Notes: generated from the sequence alone by a model not told the origin. 64,000 nucleotides of DNA from Candidatus Yanofskybacteria bacterium (GCA_016185505.1 JACPNL010000019.1:2885-66884); one strand, 5' to 3'. Counted from the first letter of the stretch, positions 7,887-19,004 are shown. Made by a program: numbers and translations.

Positions 7887-10800
7887 ATGCGGAAACTATT
7901 CTCAAAATATGGAGCTACCCATTTGGAATCAGACGCGCCTAACCTTGTTCAAGTGCAACTTGATTCTTATAATTGGTTTTTACGCCACGGGCTCAAAGAA
8001 TTGCTGAAGGAGGTTTCGCCCGTTGAGGATTGGACCGGCAAAGAACTTGAGCTTCGTTTTTTGGATTACAAGCTGGACGAACCTAAATACGACGAAAGAA
8101 CATCCATAGATAAGAACATTACCTTTGAGGCGCCACTGAAGGTAAAAGTCGGTCTCGTCAATAAAAGTACGGGCCAGGAAAGGGAGCAGGAACTTTTTAT
8201 CGCGGATTTTCCATTAATGACCCAAAGGGGGACTTTCATCATAAATGGAATTGAAAGGGTGGTTATATCCCAGCTTATCAGAAGCCCGGGGTCATTTTTT
8301 TCATTATCCAGATCCAGCCGGTATAAGAGATTTTTTGGGGCCAAGTTAATTCCGTCCAGAGGCGCCTGGCTTGAATTTGAGACGGAGTATAACGGTGTTA
8401 TCTCGGTGAGGATAGACAGAAAAAGAAAGGTGGCCGCTACCGCGCTTTTGCGCGCGTTCGGCATTAAAGATGACGAAGAAATAAAAAAACTTTTTGCCGA
8501 TGTTGACACTGATCCAAATGTAAAATATATATTGGCGACTATTCTTCAGGACCCGTCTTCTAATGAAGAGGAAGGTCTGATTGAACTTTATAAGCGTATC
8601 AGGCCTGGAGATCCAGCTACTCCTGACAACGCCAGGCAGATGATCCACAATCTTTTTTTCAACCCATCCAGGTACGATTTGTCTAAGGTCGGCCGCTTTC
8701 GACTAAATAAAAGATTCAACGAGAGCTTGGATATAGAAAAAGCCGAGAATCGGGTGTTAAGGCCCAAGGACATAGTGAATCTTCTGCGGGAGATAATTCG
8801 TTTGAACAACGATCCGTCGTCGGAACCGGATAACATAGATCATCTTGGCAACAGAAGGGTCAAAACATTGGGGGAATTACTTCAGGATCGTTTAAGGATC
8901 GCTTTTGCCAGGATGGAAAGAAATATAAAAGACAGGATGAGTACGATGGATCTGGCAATGGTTTTGCCGTCTCAACTTATAAACGCGCGACCTTTTGTCG
9001 CGGCCTTGAAAGAATTTTTTTCGTCAGGGCAACTATCTCAATTTATGGATCAAGACAATCCTCTTTCAGAGCTTGAGCACAAGAGACGTCTTTCCGCGCT
9101 GGGCCCCGGCGGTCTTACCAGAGAAAGAGCCAGTTTTGAAGTTCGCGATGTCCATCCGTCACACTATGGGAGAATTTGTCCTATAGCTACGCCCGAGGGC
9201 CCTAATATAGGTCTTGTGGGACATCTTGCTTTGCATTCAAAGATCTCTGATCTTGGTTTCATACTCACTCCGTATAGAAAGGTTGCAAAGGGCAGGGTTA
9301 CCGATGAGATACTATATATGGATGCCATAGAGGAGGAGAGGTATAACATTGCTTCAGCCGGCGCCTCGATGGATAAAGAAGGCAACCTTACCGGCGACAA
9401 GGTAACGGCCAGGATCAAAGGAGAGCCAGGCACGGCCGAACCGAAAAACATCGATTATATAGACGTTTCTCCGAAGCAGCAATTCTCGGTATCCACATCT
9501 CTCATTCCTTTTCTTGAACATGATGACGCCAACAGGGCGTTGATGGGTTCTAATATGCAGAGGCAAGCCGTCCCTTTGATAAAACCAGAATCGCCCTATG
9601 TTGGTACGGGTCTTGAATCGAAAGTTGCCGTTGACTCGGGCGTTATGGTTGTTGCACCGGATAACGGAACTGTAAAAGAAGCGGATGCTTCTCATATCGT
9701 CCTTGAATCCGATAAAAAGAAATACGAGTTCAAACTTCTTAAATTCGCCAAGTCAAATAAATTCACATCAATAAATCAGAGGCCGATTGTCTCCAGGGGC
9801 GACAAGGTCAAGAAGGGAGACGTTCTTGCCGACGGTCCGTCAACAGAGAACGGAGAATTGGCCCTTGGCGCAAATCTCGTTGTCGCGTATATGTCTTTCG
9901 AAGGAGCAAATTTTGAGGACGCCATCGTTATCTCCGAGCGTCTGATCAAAGAGGATGTATTTTCAAGCATCCATATCGAGGACTATGTGAGCGACGTGAG
10001 AGAGACTAAGCTTGGGCCCGAGTTAACCACTTATGATATTCCTAATGTCGCTATGGAGCGATTGAATGATCTGGATCCTGACGGAGTGGTGAGAATAGGC
10101 GCCGAGGTCAGATCGCAGGATATTCTGGTGGGCAAGATTTCTCCGAAAGGAGAAAGCGACCTTACGGCCGAAGAGCGATTGCTGCGAGCCATATTCGGTG
10201 AAAAATCCAGAGACGTTAAAGATACTTCGCTTCGTCTTGATTACGGAAAGCAGGGCCGGGTCGTGGGCGTGAAAACATTCTCCAGAGATGAAGGGGACAA
10301 GCTGGATGTTGGGGTTATTAAAAAGACCCAGGTTTCTGTGGCGCAGTTGAGAAAGGTTCAAATAGGAGACAAGTTGGCTGGACGTCACGGCAATAAGGGA
10401 GTCATATCGGTCATACTTCCTGAAGAAGATATGCCGTTTATGGAGGACGGCACTCCGGTTGATATCGTTTTATCGCCTCTTGGCATTATTTCACGTATGA
10501 ATATCGGCCAGGTGCTTGAGGCTCACTTGGGCATGGCGGCCAAAAAACTTGAATATAAAGCCGCGACTCCTTCTATGGCCGGTCCGAGCGAGGATATGAT
10601 AATGGAAGAGTTAAAGAAAGCCGGCTTTCCCGTTGATGGAAAGGTCCAGCTTTACGATGGAAAGACGGGACTGTCTTTCGCGCAAAGATCCACTGTGGGC
10701 ATTACCTACTTTATGAAGTTGAGCCATATGGTTGAAGACAAGCTCCACATGAGGTCTATTGGTCCATATTCTCTTATCACCCAACAGCCGCTTGGAGGCA

Positions 10801-11045
10801 AAGCTCAGTTCGGAGGGCAGAGATTCGGAGAAATGGAGGTCTGGGCACTTGAAGGTTATGGCGCCTCTCATACTTTGCAAGAGATGTTGACCATCAAATC
10901 AGACGATGTTTTAGGCCGAGCGAAGACATATGAATCAATAGTGAACGGAGAAGAAATACACGCCCCCCACTTGCCGGAGTCGTTCAAGGTTTTGCTGTCG
11001 GAGATAAAGGGGTTAGGGTTGAATGTAGAATTGATTGAAAAGTAG
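7887..11045 (+). CDS. rpoB: RNA polymerase beta subunit
   Basis: GDKLAGRHGNKG, GGQRFGEMEVWALE and RALMGSNMQRQA motifs. The start may instead be 7860. Confidence 0.99.
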   Translation: MRKLFSKYGATHLESDAPNLVQVQLDSYNWFLRHGLKELLKEVSPVEDWTGKELELRFLDYKLDEPKYDERTSIDKNITFEAPLKVKVGLVNKSTGQEREQELFIADFPLMTQRGTFIINGIERVVISQLIRSPGSFFSLSRSSRYKRFFGAKLIPSRGAWLEFETEYNGVISVRIDRKRKVAATALLRAFGIKDDEEIKKLFADVDTDPNVKYILATILQDPSSNEEEGLIELYKRIRPGDPATPDNARQMIHNLFFNPSRYDLSKVGRFRLNKRFNESLDIEKAENRVLRPKDIVNLLREIIRLNNDPSSEPDNIDHLGNRRVKTLGELLQDRLRIAFARMERNIKDRMSTMDLAMVLPSQLINARPFVAALKEFFSSGQLSQFMDQDNPLSELEHKRRLSALGPGGLTRERASFEVRDVHPSHYGRICPIATPEGPNIGLVGHLALHSKISDLGFILTPYRKVAKGRVTDEILYMDAIEEERYNIASAGASMDKEGNLTGDKVTARIKGEPGTAEPKNIDYIDVSPKQQFSVSTSLIPFLEHDDANRALMGSNMQRQAVPLIKPESPYVGTGLESKVAVDSGVMVVAPDNGTVKEADASHIVLESDKKKYEFKLLKFAKSNKFTSINQRPIVSRGDKVKKGDVLADGPSTENGELALGANLVVAYMSFEGANFEDAIVISERLIKEDVFSSIHIEDYVSDVRETKLGPELTTYDIPNVAMERLNDLDPDGVVRIGAEVRSQDILVGKISPKGESDLTAEERLLRAIFGEKSRDVKDTSLRLDYGKQGRVVGVKTFSRDEGDKLDVGVIKKTQVSVAQLRKVQIGDKLAGRHGNKGVISVILPEEDMPFMEDGTPVDIVLSPLGIISRMNIGQVLEAHLGMAAKKLEYKAATPSMAGPSEDMIMEELKKAGFPVDGKVQLYDGKTGLSFAQRSTVGITYFMKLSHMVEDKLHMRSIGPYSLITQQPLGGKAQFGGQRFGEMEVWALEGYGASHTLQEMLTIKSDDVLGRAKTYESIVNGEEIHAPHLPESFKVLLSEIKGLGLNVELIEK

Positions 11046-11062
11046 TTTCAACCAATTCAACT

Positions 11063-11185
11063 AAATGTAAAATGCAAATATCAAAAATCAAAATGACAAT
11101 TCAAAATGTAAAGAATAATCAGAAATCAGAAAATTTTAAATTTTATACTGTCATTTTACACTTTGATTTTTAAATTTTAAATTTC
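11063..11185. repeat. Periodic-repeat hairpin element, family B (7-mer CAAAAT(G/A) / ATTTTG)
   Basis: Related copies at 32055-32175 and 61966-62069, and a half copy inside uvrC at 33532-33592. Confidence 0.8.
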
Positions 11186-11190
11186 TTATC

Positions 11191-14100
11191 GTGGATTTAT
11201 CCAGCATAAAACTTAAAATCGCGTCTCCCGAGGATATTTTGTCTTGGTCATACGGTGAGGTCACGAAGCCCGAGACCATCAACTACCGAACCCAGAAGCC
11301 GGAAAGGGAAGGTCTTTTTTCAGAGGCCATTTTCGGGCCGGTCAAGGATTGGGAATGCTATTGCGGAAAATATAAAAGGATAAGGTACAAGGGTATCATC
11401 TGCGACAGATGCGGTGTTGAGGTTACCAGATCCATAGTCAGACGAGAAAGAATGGGTCACATTAAACTGGCCGCGCCGGTGGCTCATATTTGGTTTCTGC
11501 GGGGCGTTCCTTCCAAGATAGCCACCGTTTTAGGCGCCAGTTTACAGGAACTTGAAAAGGTCGTCTACTTCGCGAGCTATATAATAATGAAAGCGAATGA
11601 AGACCTGAAAGCGGAAGCGATGAAAAGGATTGAGAACGAGTTTAAGACAAAGATCAAGAATTCTAAAAATGAAGCCGAACAAGAGAGTCTGAAAGAACAA
11701 AAAGATAGGGAGAAGAATAATTTAAGGAATTTAAGAAAATATCAGATTGTTTCGGAGCTTGATTTCCGCGACCTGTCTCTAAAATACGGGGAGGTGTTTG
11801 AGGCGGGCATAGGCGCGGAGGCGATAAAGCGTTTGCTTGAAGAGATAAACTTCGAAGACCTTGTTGCCGAAATAGAAAGCGAAGTAAAAAGCGAATCGAA
11901 TCCATTAGAGCAAAGAAAGCTGACAAGACGCTTGAGATTCATAAAAGGAATGAAGAAAGCGGAGATAAGGCCCGAGTGGATGATTTTGAGCACATTGCCG
12001 GTCATCCCCCCCGCTTTGAGGCCGATGGTACCTCTGGACGGTGGCCGCTACGCGACGTCAGATCTTAATGACCTATACAGGAGGGTGATCAACAGAAACA
12101 ACCGCTTGAAGCATTTGCTCGAACTTAAGGCTCCGGAAGTCATTACAAAGAACGAAAAGAGAATGCTTCAGGAGTCGGTTGACGCTCTTATAGACAATGC
12201 AATGAGAAGGGGGGGAGGAGTTACTACTGCTGCTTCAACGGGGCAGAAAAGGGCGCTCCGCTCTCTTGCCGATATGTTAAAAGGCAAACAGGGAAGATTC
12301 AGGCAGAACTTGCTTGGAAAACGAGTTGATTACTCCGGTCGTTCGGTTATCGTTATTGGTCCGGAACTTGGTATTGCCGAGTGCGGTCTTCCCAAAAGAA
12401 TGGCTTTGGAACTTTTCAAGCCGTTCGTGATAGGGATTTTGATAAGAAAAGAATTGGCTCACAACATTAAATCGGCGAGCCGTCTGATAGAGCAGGAAAC
12501 ACCGGATGTCTGGACGGCATTGGAAGAAGCGATGGAAGGCAAGCTGGTATTGCTCAATCGCGCGCCGACATTGCATCGTCTGTCTGTTCAGGCATTTAAG
12601 CCGACACTAATAGAAGGTAAAGCGATCAAAATTCCCGCTATGCCCGTGCATGCTTTTAATGCTGACTTTGATGGTGACCAGATGGCGGTTCACTTGCCGC
12701 TTACGAACGAAGCTCAAAAAGAAGCCAAGGACTTGATGCTATCCAGCCACGGCATACTGAAGCCGGCCACGGGCGAACCCGTCGCTATACCGAGCCACGA
12801 TATGTCATTTGGAATTTATTTTATTACTAATATGCTTGAGAACGCCAAAGGCGAAGGCAAGATATTTTCTTCCCGGTATGAAGCGCTTCTTGCTCATGAG
12901 AACGAGTTTATTGATCTTCGGGCAAAGATAAAAATACCGAACCCCGACTATAAAGAGCCAGGCGACAGAGATTCCCGGCTCCGCACGGGAACCTTATCCG
13001 AGCAAGGTTCACGCCGAGGAACTTCGGCGGGAATCGCCTCAGGTAGCGACGCGGAGAAGATCATTGAGACAACCGTAGGCCGCGTAATATTCAACAAAAT
13101 ATTGCCTAAGGAATTTCGATATGTGAATAAAACCCTCACTAAACCCGACTTAAAAGCTATCAGCTCCGATATATGGGACGAATACGGCGAGGAAGTAATG
13201 GTGGATTTCTTAGACAAAGTTAAAAACCTTGGCTTTCACTATGCAACGGTATCCGGCGTCTCCTGGAGTATGAGTGATTTGAGAGTTCCTCAAGAAAAGC
13301 AGCAAATCATAGAAGAGGCCGACAGGGTTATAGAAGAGAACAGGCACTTGTACGAGAACGGCTTGTTGACAGACCATGAAAGAAAGTCAAAAGCGATTGA
13401 AGTATGGAACAATGCTAAAGCCAAACTTTCTGCGTTGGTAAAAAAAGAGTTGGCTATTCAGGACCCGGTTTATATGATAGTTGATTCCAGGGCCAGAGGC
13501 AGTTGGGGGCCAATCGACCAAATGATGGGCATGAGAGGTATCGTGGTTAATCCTTCAGGTGAACTCATAGAACTGCCTATCAGGAATTCTTTGAAAGAAG
13601 GGATGACATCTCTTGAGTACTTCATTTCTACTCACGGCGCCAGAAAAGGTCTAGTGGACACGGCTCTCAAAACAGCCGAGGCCGGCTACCTCACCCGTAA
13701 ATTGGTTGATGTGGCGCAAAGCGTGGTTGTGCTGGAAGATGATTGTAAAGATAAAGAAGGATATGTGGTTTACGCTGAAGACAAAAAAATAAACGGGGAA
13801 ACACTGGGCCGTCGTTTGAAAGGTCGGGTAGTGATGGAGGACTTAATAGATAAGAATGGCGAAGTTATCGTAAAAAAGGGTAAAATGGTTGACAAAGAAG
13901 CCGCGGTCAAAATAGATGAAGCCGGGATAGACCAAGCGAGGATAAGATCTCTTGTAAGATGTAAGGCGCTTAATGGTGTTTGTCGTATGTGTTATGGCCA
14001 CGATCTGTCAAAGGGCGAACTTATAAATATCGGAGAGGCCGTCGGTATTGTCACCGCGCAAGCGATCGGAGAGCCGGGGACCCAGCTTACAATGAGAACG

Positions 14101-14844
14101 TTTCACACCGGAGGTATTGCCGGCGGAGCGGACATTACTATGGGTCTTCCCAGGGTTGTGGAGATATTTGAAGCGCGGTCTCCGCAATTCAAAGCGCTGG
14201 TAGCTGATGTCGATGGTCAGGTTTTGTCGGTAGAGGATACTGGCAAACAGAAGGTTATAACCGTAGAAGTTAAGGATACCCATGATAAAAAGGAATTCGT
14301 AATTGCTCCCAATTTAGCTGTATCTGTCGCCAAAGGAGATCTCGTAGCTGTTGGCCAGCAGTTAAGTGAGGGTCATATTGATCTTAAAGAATTATTCGCG
14401 ACGACCAATGATATTGATGTTGTCGCCAGATATATAATCAGAGAAGTTCAGGCCATTTACTTCCCAACGGGCGACAGCATAAACGACAAACACGTGGAGC
14501 TGATAGTAAGACAGATGTTCTCAAGGGTTAAGGTATTGGATCCCGGCGATACCGATCTTTTGTCCGGCGACATAATTGAAAAGAGGCGTCTCTGGCAGGA
14601 GAACGAGAAAGCAAAACAGAGAAAGAAAATCGAGGCAACGGCAGAGCAGCTGCTCTTGGGTATGACCAAGGTTTCGCTGACCACGGACAGTTTCCTTTCG
14701 GCCGCGTCGTTCCAGGAGACGGCAAGGGTGCTCATAGACAGCGCTACCGTCGGCAAAGAGGACTTGCTCAAAGGCCTCAAAGAAAACGTCATCATCGGCC
14801 GTCTGATACCGGCAGGGACGGGACTGGGAGCAGAATTGGAGTAG
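11191..14844 (+). CDS. rpoC: RNA polymerase beta' subunit
   Basis: NADFDGDQM catalytic motif, Zn-finger CYCGKYK...CDRC, and QLTMRTFH. Confidence 0.99.
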   Translation: MDLSSIKLKIASPEDILSWSYGEVTKPETINYRTQKPEREGLFSEAIFGPVKDWECYCGKYKRIRYKGIICDRCGVEVTRSIVRRERMGHIKLAAPVAHIWFLRGVPSKIATVLGASLQELEKVVYFASYIIMKANEDLKAEAMKRIENEFKTKIKNSKNEAEQESLKEQKDREKNNLRNLRKYQIVSELDFRDLSLKYGEVFEAGIGAEAIKRLLEEINFEDLVAEIESEVKSESNPLEQRKLTRRLRFIKGMKKAEIRPEWMILSTLPVIPPALRPMVPLDGGRYATSDLNDLYRRVINRNNRLKHLLELKAPEVITKNEKRMLQESVDALIDNAMRRGGGVTTAASTGQKRALRSLADMLKGKQGRFRQNLLGKRVDYSGRSVIVIGPELGIAECGLPKRMALELFKPFVIGILIRKELAHNIKSASRLIEQETPDVWTALEEAMEGKLVLLNRAPTLHRLSVQAFKPTLIEGKAIKIPAMPVHAFNADFDGDQMAVHLPLTNEAQKEAKDLMLSSHGILKPATGEPVAIPSHDMSFGIYFITNMLENAKGEGKIFSSRYEALLAHENEFIDLRAKIKIPNPDYKEPGDRDSRLRTGTLSEQGSRRGTSAGIASGSDAEKIIETTVGRVIFNKILPKEFRYVNKTLTKPDLKAISSDIWDEYGEEVMVDFLDKVKNLGFHYATVSGVSWSMSDLRVPQEKQQIIEEADRVIEENRHLYENGLLTDHERKSKAIEVWNNAKAKLSALVKKELAIQDPVYMIVDSRARGSWGPIDQMMGMRGIVVNPSGELIELPIRNSLKEGMTSLEYFISTHGARKGLVDTALKTAEAGYLTRKLVDVAQSVVVLEDDCKDKEGYVVYAEDKKINGETLGRRLKGRVVMEDLIDKNGEVIVKKGKMVDKEAAVKIDEAGIDQARIRSLVRCKALNGVCRMCYGHDLSKGELINIGEAVGIVTAQAIGEPGTQLTMRTFHTGGIAGGADITMGLPRVVEIFEARSPQFKALVADVDGQVLSVEDTGKQKVITVEVKDTHDKKEFVIAPNLAVSVAKGDLVAVGQQLSEGHIDLKELFATTNDIDVVARYIIREVQAIYFPTGDSINDKHVELIVRQMFSRVKVLDPGDTDLLSGDIIEKRRLWQENEKAKQRKKIEATAEQLLLGMTKVSLTTDSFLSAASFQETARVLIDSATVGKEDLLKGLKENVIIGRLIPAGTGLGAELE

Positions 14845-14960
14845 TCGCTCAAGCCAGCTCAGGGAAGCTCAGCTTCCTCAGCTGGCTCAATCCCACCCCC
14901 ATTTGCCGGCCTATTGGTTACGTCCTTCATCCGGCGTTTTGTAACTGTTCAAGGATCAAT

Positions 14961-15032
14961 AGCTCCACAGAGAAGCTTTCACGAGCCCCCACACTAGTGT
15001 GGGGCAAGTAATATCTGTGGAGCTTTTCTTTT
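14961..15032 (+). terminator. Terminator-like stem with a nested palindrome in its loop
   Basis: AGCTCCACAGA...TCTGTGGAGCT followed by TTTCTTTT. Internal palindrome CCCCACACTAGTGTGGGG. Confidence 0.55.
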
Positions 15033-15089
15033 CTTGATTTAAGGTTTTAATACTATATACTTAATACTATATACTTAATACCAATATTG

Positions 15090-17318
15090 ATGGCTCGGCA
15101 TAAAAAGACCGACAAAAAGATGAAAGTTAGAAAGGAAAGAACGGCATCTGCCGTATCGCGGTTTGATATATCCCAGGAAACCAAGAATAGTATTTGGGGG
15201 ATTCTGGCTTTCAGCTTGGCCGTTCTTGCTATTTTGAGTTTTACTGGCAAGGCGGGGACGGCGGGCACTCTTTTCAATATTGCCGCAAGGTCTCTATTTG
15301 GCTGGGGATTTTTTATCGTTCCGGTTGCCTTCATTGTGCTCGGGTTTGCTTTTCTAAAATCAATTTCAAGGCAGATTTACCACAGCGCTGTTTTTGGGAC
15401 GGCTTTATTTATATTTTCTTTTCTGGCCCTGTTTTACATATTCGGTGGAGGCAACTTTGACGCTCGTCTTGTCCAAGGCGGATACTTTGGTATAGTTCTG
15501 GGTTTTCCGCTGCTTTACTCGTTAGGGTTCTGGGCTTCTTTGTTAATTTTATTGGTTCTGGTTATTGTCGCTCTCCTTGTTGCTTTGAATGTCCCTCTGT
15601 ATGGTTTAATCACAAAAAGCAAAGAAGAGGAAGAGCTGGTTGATCATGTCGTAATTAAAAAGAAGGGGGAAGTTGTTGATACTCACAAGTCAGCCATTGT
15701 TTCTGCTTCTCAACGCCAAGTCAATGTTCCCGGTGGGGCGGTCAAGCCGGTAAAAGTTGAACTTACCGACAAAGAGTTCGTCATTAAAAATTTGAAAAGA
15801 GGCAAGTGGACATTGCCGCCGTTGGAATTGTTGCATCATGACCAAGACGAAGCGGTGACGGGGGATATTAATGCCAGCGCTAACATTATCAAAAGGACTT
15901 TGGCCAATTTCAGTATAGATGTAGAAATGGGCGAGGTTTCTGTCGGGCCGACGGTAACTCAATTCACGATGAGACCGGCGGTGGGAGTTAAGTTGTCCCG
16001 TATTACGACTCTTAACTCTGATCTATCGCTTGCTCTTGCCGCTCACCCCATCCGTATTGAGGCTCCTATTCCGGGCAAGTCACTGGTCGGGATAGAAGTT
16101 CCTAACAAGAAGGTCTCGACTGTTGGTTTGAGGGATATGTTTGAGAATGACGAATACAAAAAGTCGGGATTTTTCCTTCCCGTATCCATCGGTCGAGATG
16201 TTTCCGGTACTGCTGTTTTTGCTGGTCTTGAAAAAATGCCCCACATTCTCGTCGCGGGAGCGACTGGAACGGGCAAGTCGGTTTCTATCAACTCGCTTCT
16301 TCTCTCAATGCTTTATAAACATTCACCGGATATTCTTAAGATGATACTCATTGATCCCAAACGGGTGGAACTTACTTTATATAATGGTATTCCGCATTTA
16401 ATAACTCCGGTAATAACTGACAATAAAAAAGTCCTTGGCGCGTTGAAGTGGGCTGTAAGCGAAATGGACCGCCGGTATGACACGCTTTCAAAAAACGCGT
16501 CAAAGGATATATTTTCATACAACGCTAAACTTACGGAAAAACGCGGTCGAGACGGCGACGATACTCAAATCATGCCCTTTATCGTGATAGTTATTGATGA
16601 GTTAGCCGATTTGATGGCTTCTTACGGACGGGACGTTGAAGCGGCGATAGTCCGGCTTGCCCAGATGTCTCGAGCGGTGGGAATTCATTTGATACTTTCA
16701 ACCCAAAGACCTTCGGTGGAAGTTATCACGGGGCTGATAAAAGCTAACATAACCTCCCGCGTTGCTTTTCAGGTGGCAAGCCAGGTGGATTCGCGAACGA
16801 TTTTGGATATGGCCGGAGCCGAGAAGTTACTGGGGCGAGGGGATATGCTGTTTATGGCCGGAGATGTGGCAAAGCCAAGGCGTCTTCAAGGCGCGAATGT
16901 AACCGAAAAAGAAGTCAAAGATGTCGTGAAGTTTCTGAAAACCCAAGCGGAAGCACTGGAAGTCGGCGAAGGAGAAGGCGAACTTCATGTTGATTTCAAC
17001 GCCACCGGCAGTTTCGGCGAAGGAGGGGGTTTCTCCGGTTCCGATGAGGGCGACGACCCTTTATATGGTGACGCCAAAGAGGTGATATTGGCTGCCGGCA
17101 AGGCCTCGGCATCATTGTTGCAGAGGCGGCTAAAAGTCGGCTATGCCCGAGCGGCGCGTTTGCTGGATATTCTTGAAGAAAACGGCGTTATTGGTCCCGG
17201 GGAAGGGGCTAAGCCGAGAGAGGTCTACGCAACGAGATCGGCTATGCCCGCGCAAGCAGAGAGTGCGTCCGAGGCGACAGTTATTTCGGCGGATATGGCG
17301 GAAGCAGAGCTTAAGTAG
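15090..17318 (+). CDS. ftsK: DNA translocase FtsK
   Basis: N-terminal TMs, GATGTGKS, IDELADLM, gamma domain LQRRLKVGYARAAR. Confidence 0.97.
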   Translation: MARHKKTDKKMKVRKERTASAVSRFDISQETKNSIWGILAFSLAVLAILSFTGKAGTAGTLFNIAARSLFGWGFFIVPVAFIVLGFAFLKSISRQIYHSAVFGTALFIFSFLALFYIFGGGNFDARLVQGGYFGIVLGFPLLYSLGFWASLLILLVLVIVALLVALNVPLYGLITKSKEEEELVDHVVIKKKGEVVDTHKSAIVSASQRQVNVPGGAVKPVKVELTDKEFVIKNLKRGKWTLPPLELLHHDQDEAVTGDINASANIIKRTLANFSIDVEMGEVSVGPTVTQFTMRPAVGVKLSRITTLNSDLSLALAAHPIRIEAPIPGKSLVGIEVPNKKVSTVGLRDMFENDEYKKSGFFLPVSIGRDVSGTAVFAGLEKMPHILVAGATGTGKSVSINSLLLSMLYKHSPDILKMILIDPKRVELTLYNGIPHLITPVITDNKKVLGALKWAVSEMDRRYDTLSKNASKDIFSYNAKLTEKRGRDGDDTQIMPFIVIVIDELADLMASYGRDVEAAIVRLAQMSRAVGIHLILSTQRPSVEVITGLIKANITSRVAFQVASQVDSRTILDMAGAEKLLGRGDMLFMAGDVAKPRRLQGANVTEKEVKDVVKFLKTQAEALEVGEGEGELHVDFNATGSFGEGGGFSGSDEGDDPLYGDAKEVILAAGKASASLLQRRLKVGYARAARLLDILEENGVIGPGEGAKPREVYATRSAMPAQAESASEATVISADMAEAELK

Positions 17319-17319
17319 G

Positions 17320-17562
17320 GGGAGTGAGACCGTCAATTAATTTTTAACATTGAAATCCTTTAACAAATCCTTTGATATTTGTTCATAATGCGGATAAAAA
17401 TTCAGCAACCGTTCCTCCCTCCCCAGTTTCAGAAAACTGGGGAGGGATTTTCCGGCTAAATTTTTATTTCCGCCTGCTGGTGGACCGCATTATCTCTCAA
17501 ATATCTTAGTATTTGTGCCAAAGGATTTCAGTTGCTAAAAATTAATTGACGGTCTCACTCCC
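17320..17562. mobile_element. 243-bp long-inverted-repeat element (MITE-like or structured RNA)
   Basis: 27-bp perfect terminal IR GGGAGTGAGACCGTCAATTAATTTTTA that continues imperfectly inward. Inner hairpin CCCTCCCCAGTTT...AAACTGGGGAGGG. Confidence 0.65.
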
Positions 17563-17666
17563 TGGATGTTTTGTGTGGTTTTGAAAATCGACTGTTCCCT
17601 TAGTTTTACTTTATGCCGGTGTGTGCTATCCTATACGGTAGCACTTTTGGTTTGAGACAAAGATCT

Positions 17667-18020
17667 ATGAGTTTGCCCGATGATCCCACCCTTCAAGAAG
17701 TTTTGCTTTCTGAAAGTAAACAGCTTCGAGACGAAATTTCTAGTATTAAAGTTCGGCTTGGACAACTGACCGTTGATCTGATGAGAAAGTCGGCTGAAGC
17801 AAGCGAGGCGCAAGAGATATTAAAACGCTGGCGGACTGAACTGGAGATATTGGCTGACCAGCAAGGTCATAACCTGTGCTGGGCCGGAGTGCCGAGATTG
17901 CTCAAGAATACCATCGGCCATACCGGCAAATATCCCGATCTTGAGAACGTAACAAGAGGTGAATTCGAGATCGGCTGTAGAGCGTATCAGGATGATATTT
18001 TCGGACCGGTAGAGAAGTAG
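17667..18020 (+). CDS. Hypothetical coiled-coil protein
   Basis: ORF with an extended -10 (TGCTATCCT) upstream and terminator AGCGACTTGCGTCGCTTTTTT downstream. Confidence 0.7.
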   Translation: MSLPDDPTLQEVLLSESKQLRDEISSIKVRLGQLTVDLMRKSAEASEAQEILKRWRTELEILADQQGHNLCWAGVPRLLKNTIGHTGKYPDLENVTRGEFEIGCRAYQDDIFGPVEK

Positions 18021-18101
18021 CGACTTGCGTCGCTTTTTTAATTTGTTAGAATATGTAAGTTAATTAAACACCCAACGTCTGGAGGGGCGTTATAAAAATA
18101 A

Positions 18102-19004
18102 ATGGCAAAAAAACAAGACGATTCAAAATCAAAACAGGTCGATCTGACTGTTAAAGAACTTCAGGAGAAATACGGCGAGGGGTCAATAATGAAGCTTGGC
18201 GAAGCCAAGAAAGTAGATATCGACGCCATATCGACTGGCTCCATATCTTTGGATTTAGCATTGGGAGTAGGCGGCATACCCAGGGGTAGGATAATAGAAA
18301 TCTACGGGCCGGAAAGTTCCGGTAAGACAACTTTGTGTTTACACATAGTATCTGAAGCTCAAAAGCTTGGCGGTATTGCCGCTTTTGTGGACGCAGAGCA
18401 CGCGCTTGATCCGGAATATGCAAAAAAAATAGGAGTTAAAATAGACCAGCTTTTAATTTCCCAGCCTGATACGGGAGAGGGTTTGCAGGCGCGCTTGATG
18501 TCCCACGCGTTAAGGAAACTTACGGCTATTGTGGCCAAGTCCAATACCACCGTAATTTTTATAAACCAGTTAAGAATGAAGATAGGCGTTATGTTCGGTA
18601 ATCCCGAAATTACCACCGGCGGTATGGCTTTGAAATTTTATTCTTCGGTTCGTATTGAAGTCCGTCGCGCGGCTCAAATACAATCAGGAGAAAAAATAGT
18701 GGGGAATAGGGTGAAAGTAAAAGTGGTTAAAAACAAAGTCGCGCCCCCGTTCAGAACTTGCGAATTCGATATTCTCTATAATGAGGGCATCTCAAAATAT
18801 TCCGATGTTGTTAACGCCGGAGTTAAATACGGCATAGTGGCTAAAGCGGGAAGTTGGTACAACTACCTGCCTGCGCAGGCAGGTGGCGAACCAATAAGAT
18901 TGGGTCAAGGTATAGACGGCTCGAGATTGTTTCTCAAAGATAATCCCAAAGTGGAGCGGGAAATTCTAAACAAAATTAAGGAGGCCGCAACGCGCGAGGC
19001 ATAA
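18102..19004 (+). CDS. recA: RecA with an in-frame internal deletion of ~41 aa covering Walker B
   Basis: [24 protein letters not shown] and KNKVAPP are present, but SQPDTGE is joined directly to GLQARLM. Confidence 0.95.
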   Translation: MAKKQDDSKSKQVDLTVKELQEKYGEGSIMKLGEAKKVDIDAISTGSISLDLALGVGGIPRGRIIEIYGPESSGKTTLCLHIVSEAQKLGGIAAFVDAEHALDPEYAKKIGVKIDQLLISQPDTGEGLQARLMSHALRKLTAIVAKSNTTVIFINQLRMKIGVMFGNPEITTGGMALKFYSSVRIEVRRAAQIQSGEKIVGNRVKVKVVKNKVAPPFRTCEFDILYNEGISKYSDVVNAGVKYGIVAKAGSWYNYLPAQAGGEPIRLGQGIDGSRLFLKDNPKVEREILNKIKEAATREA

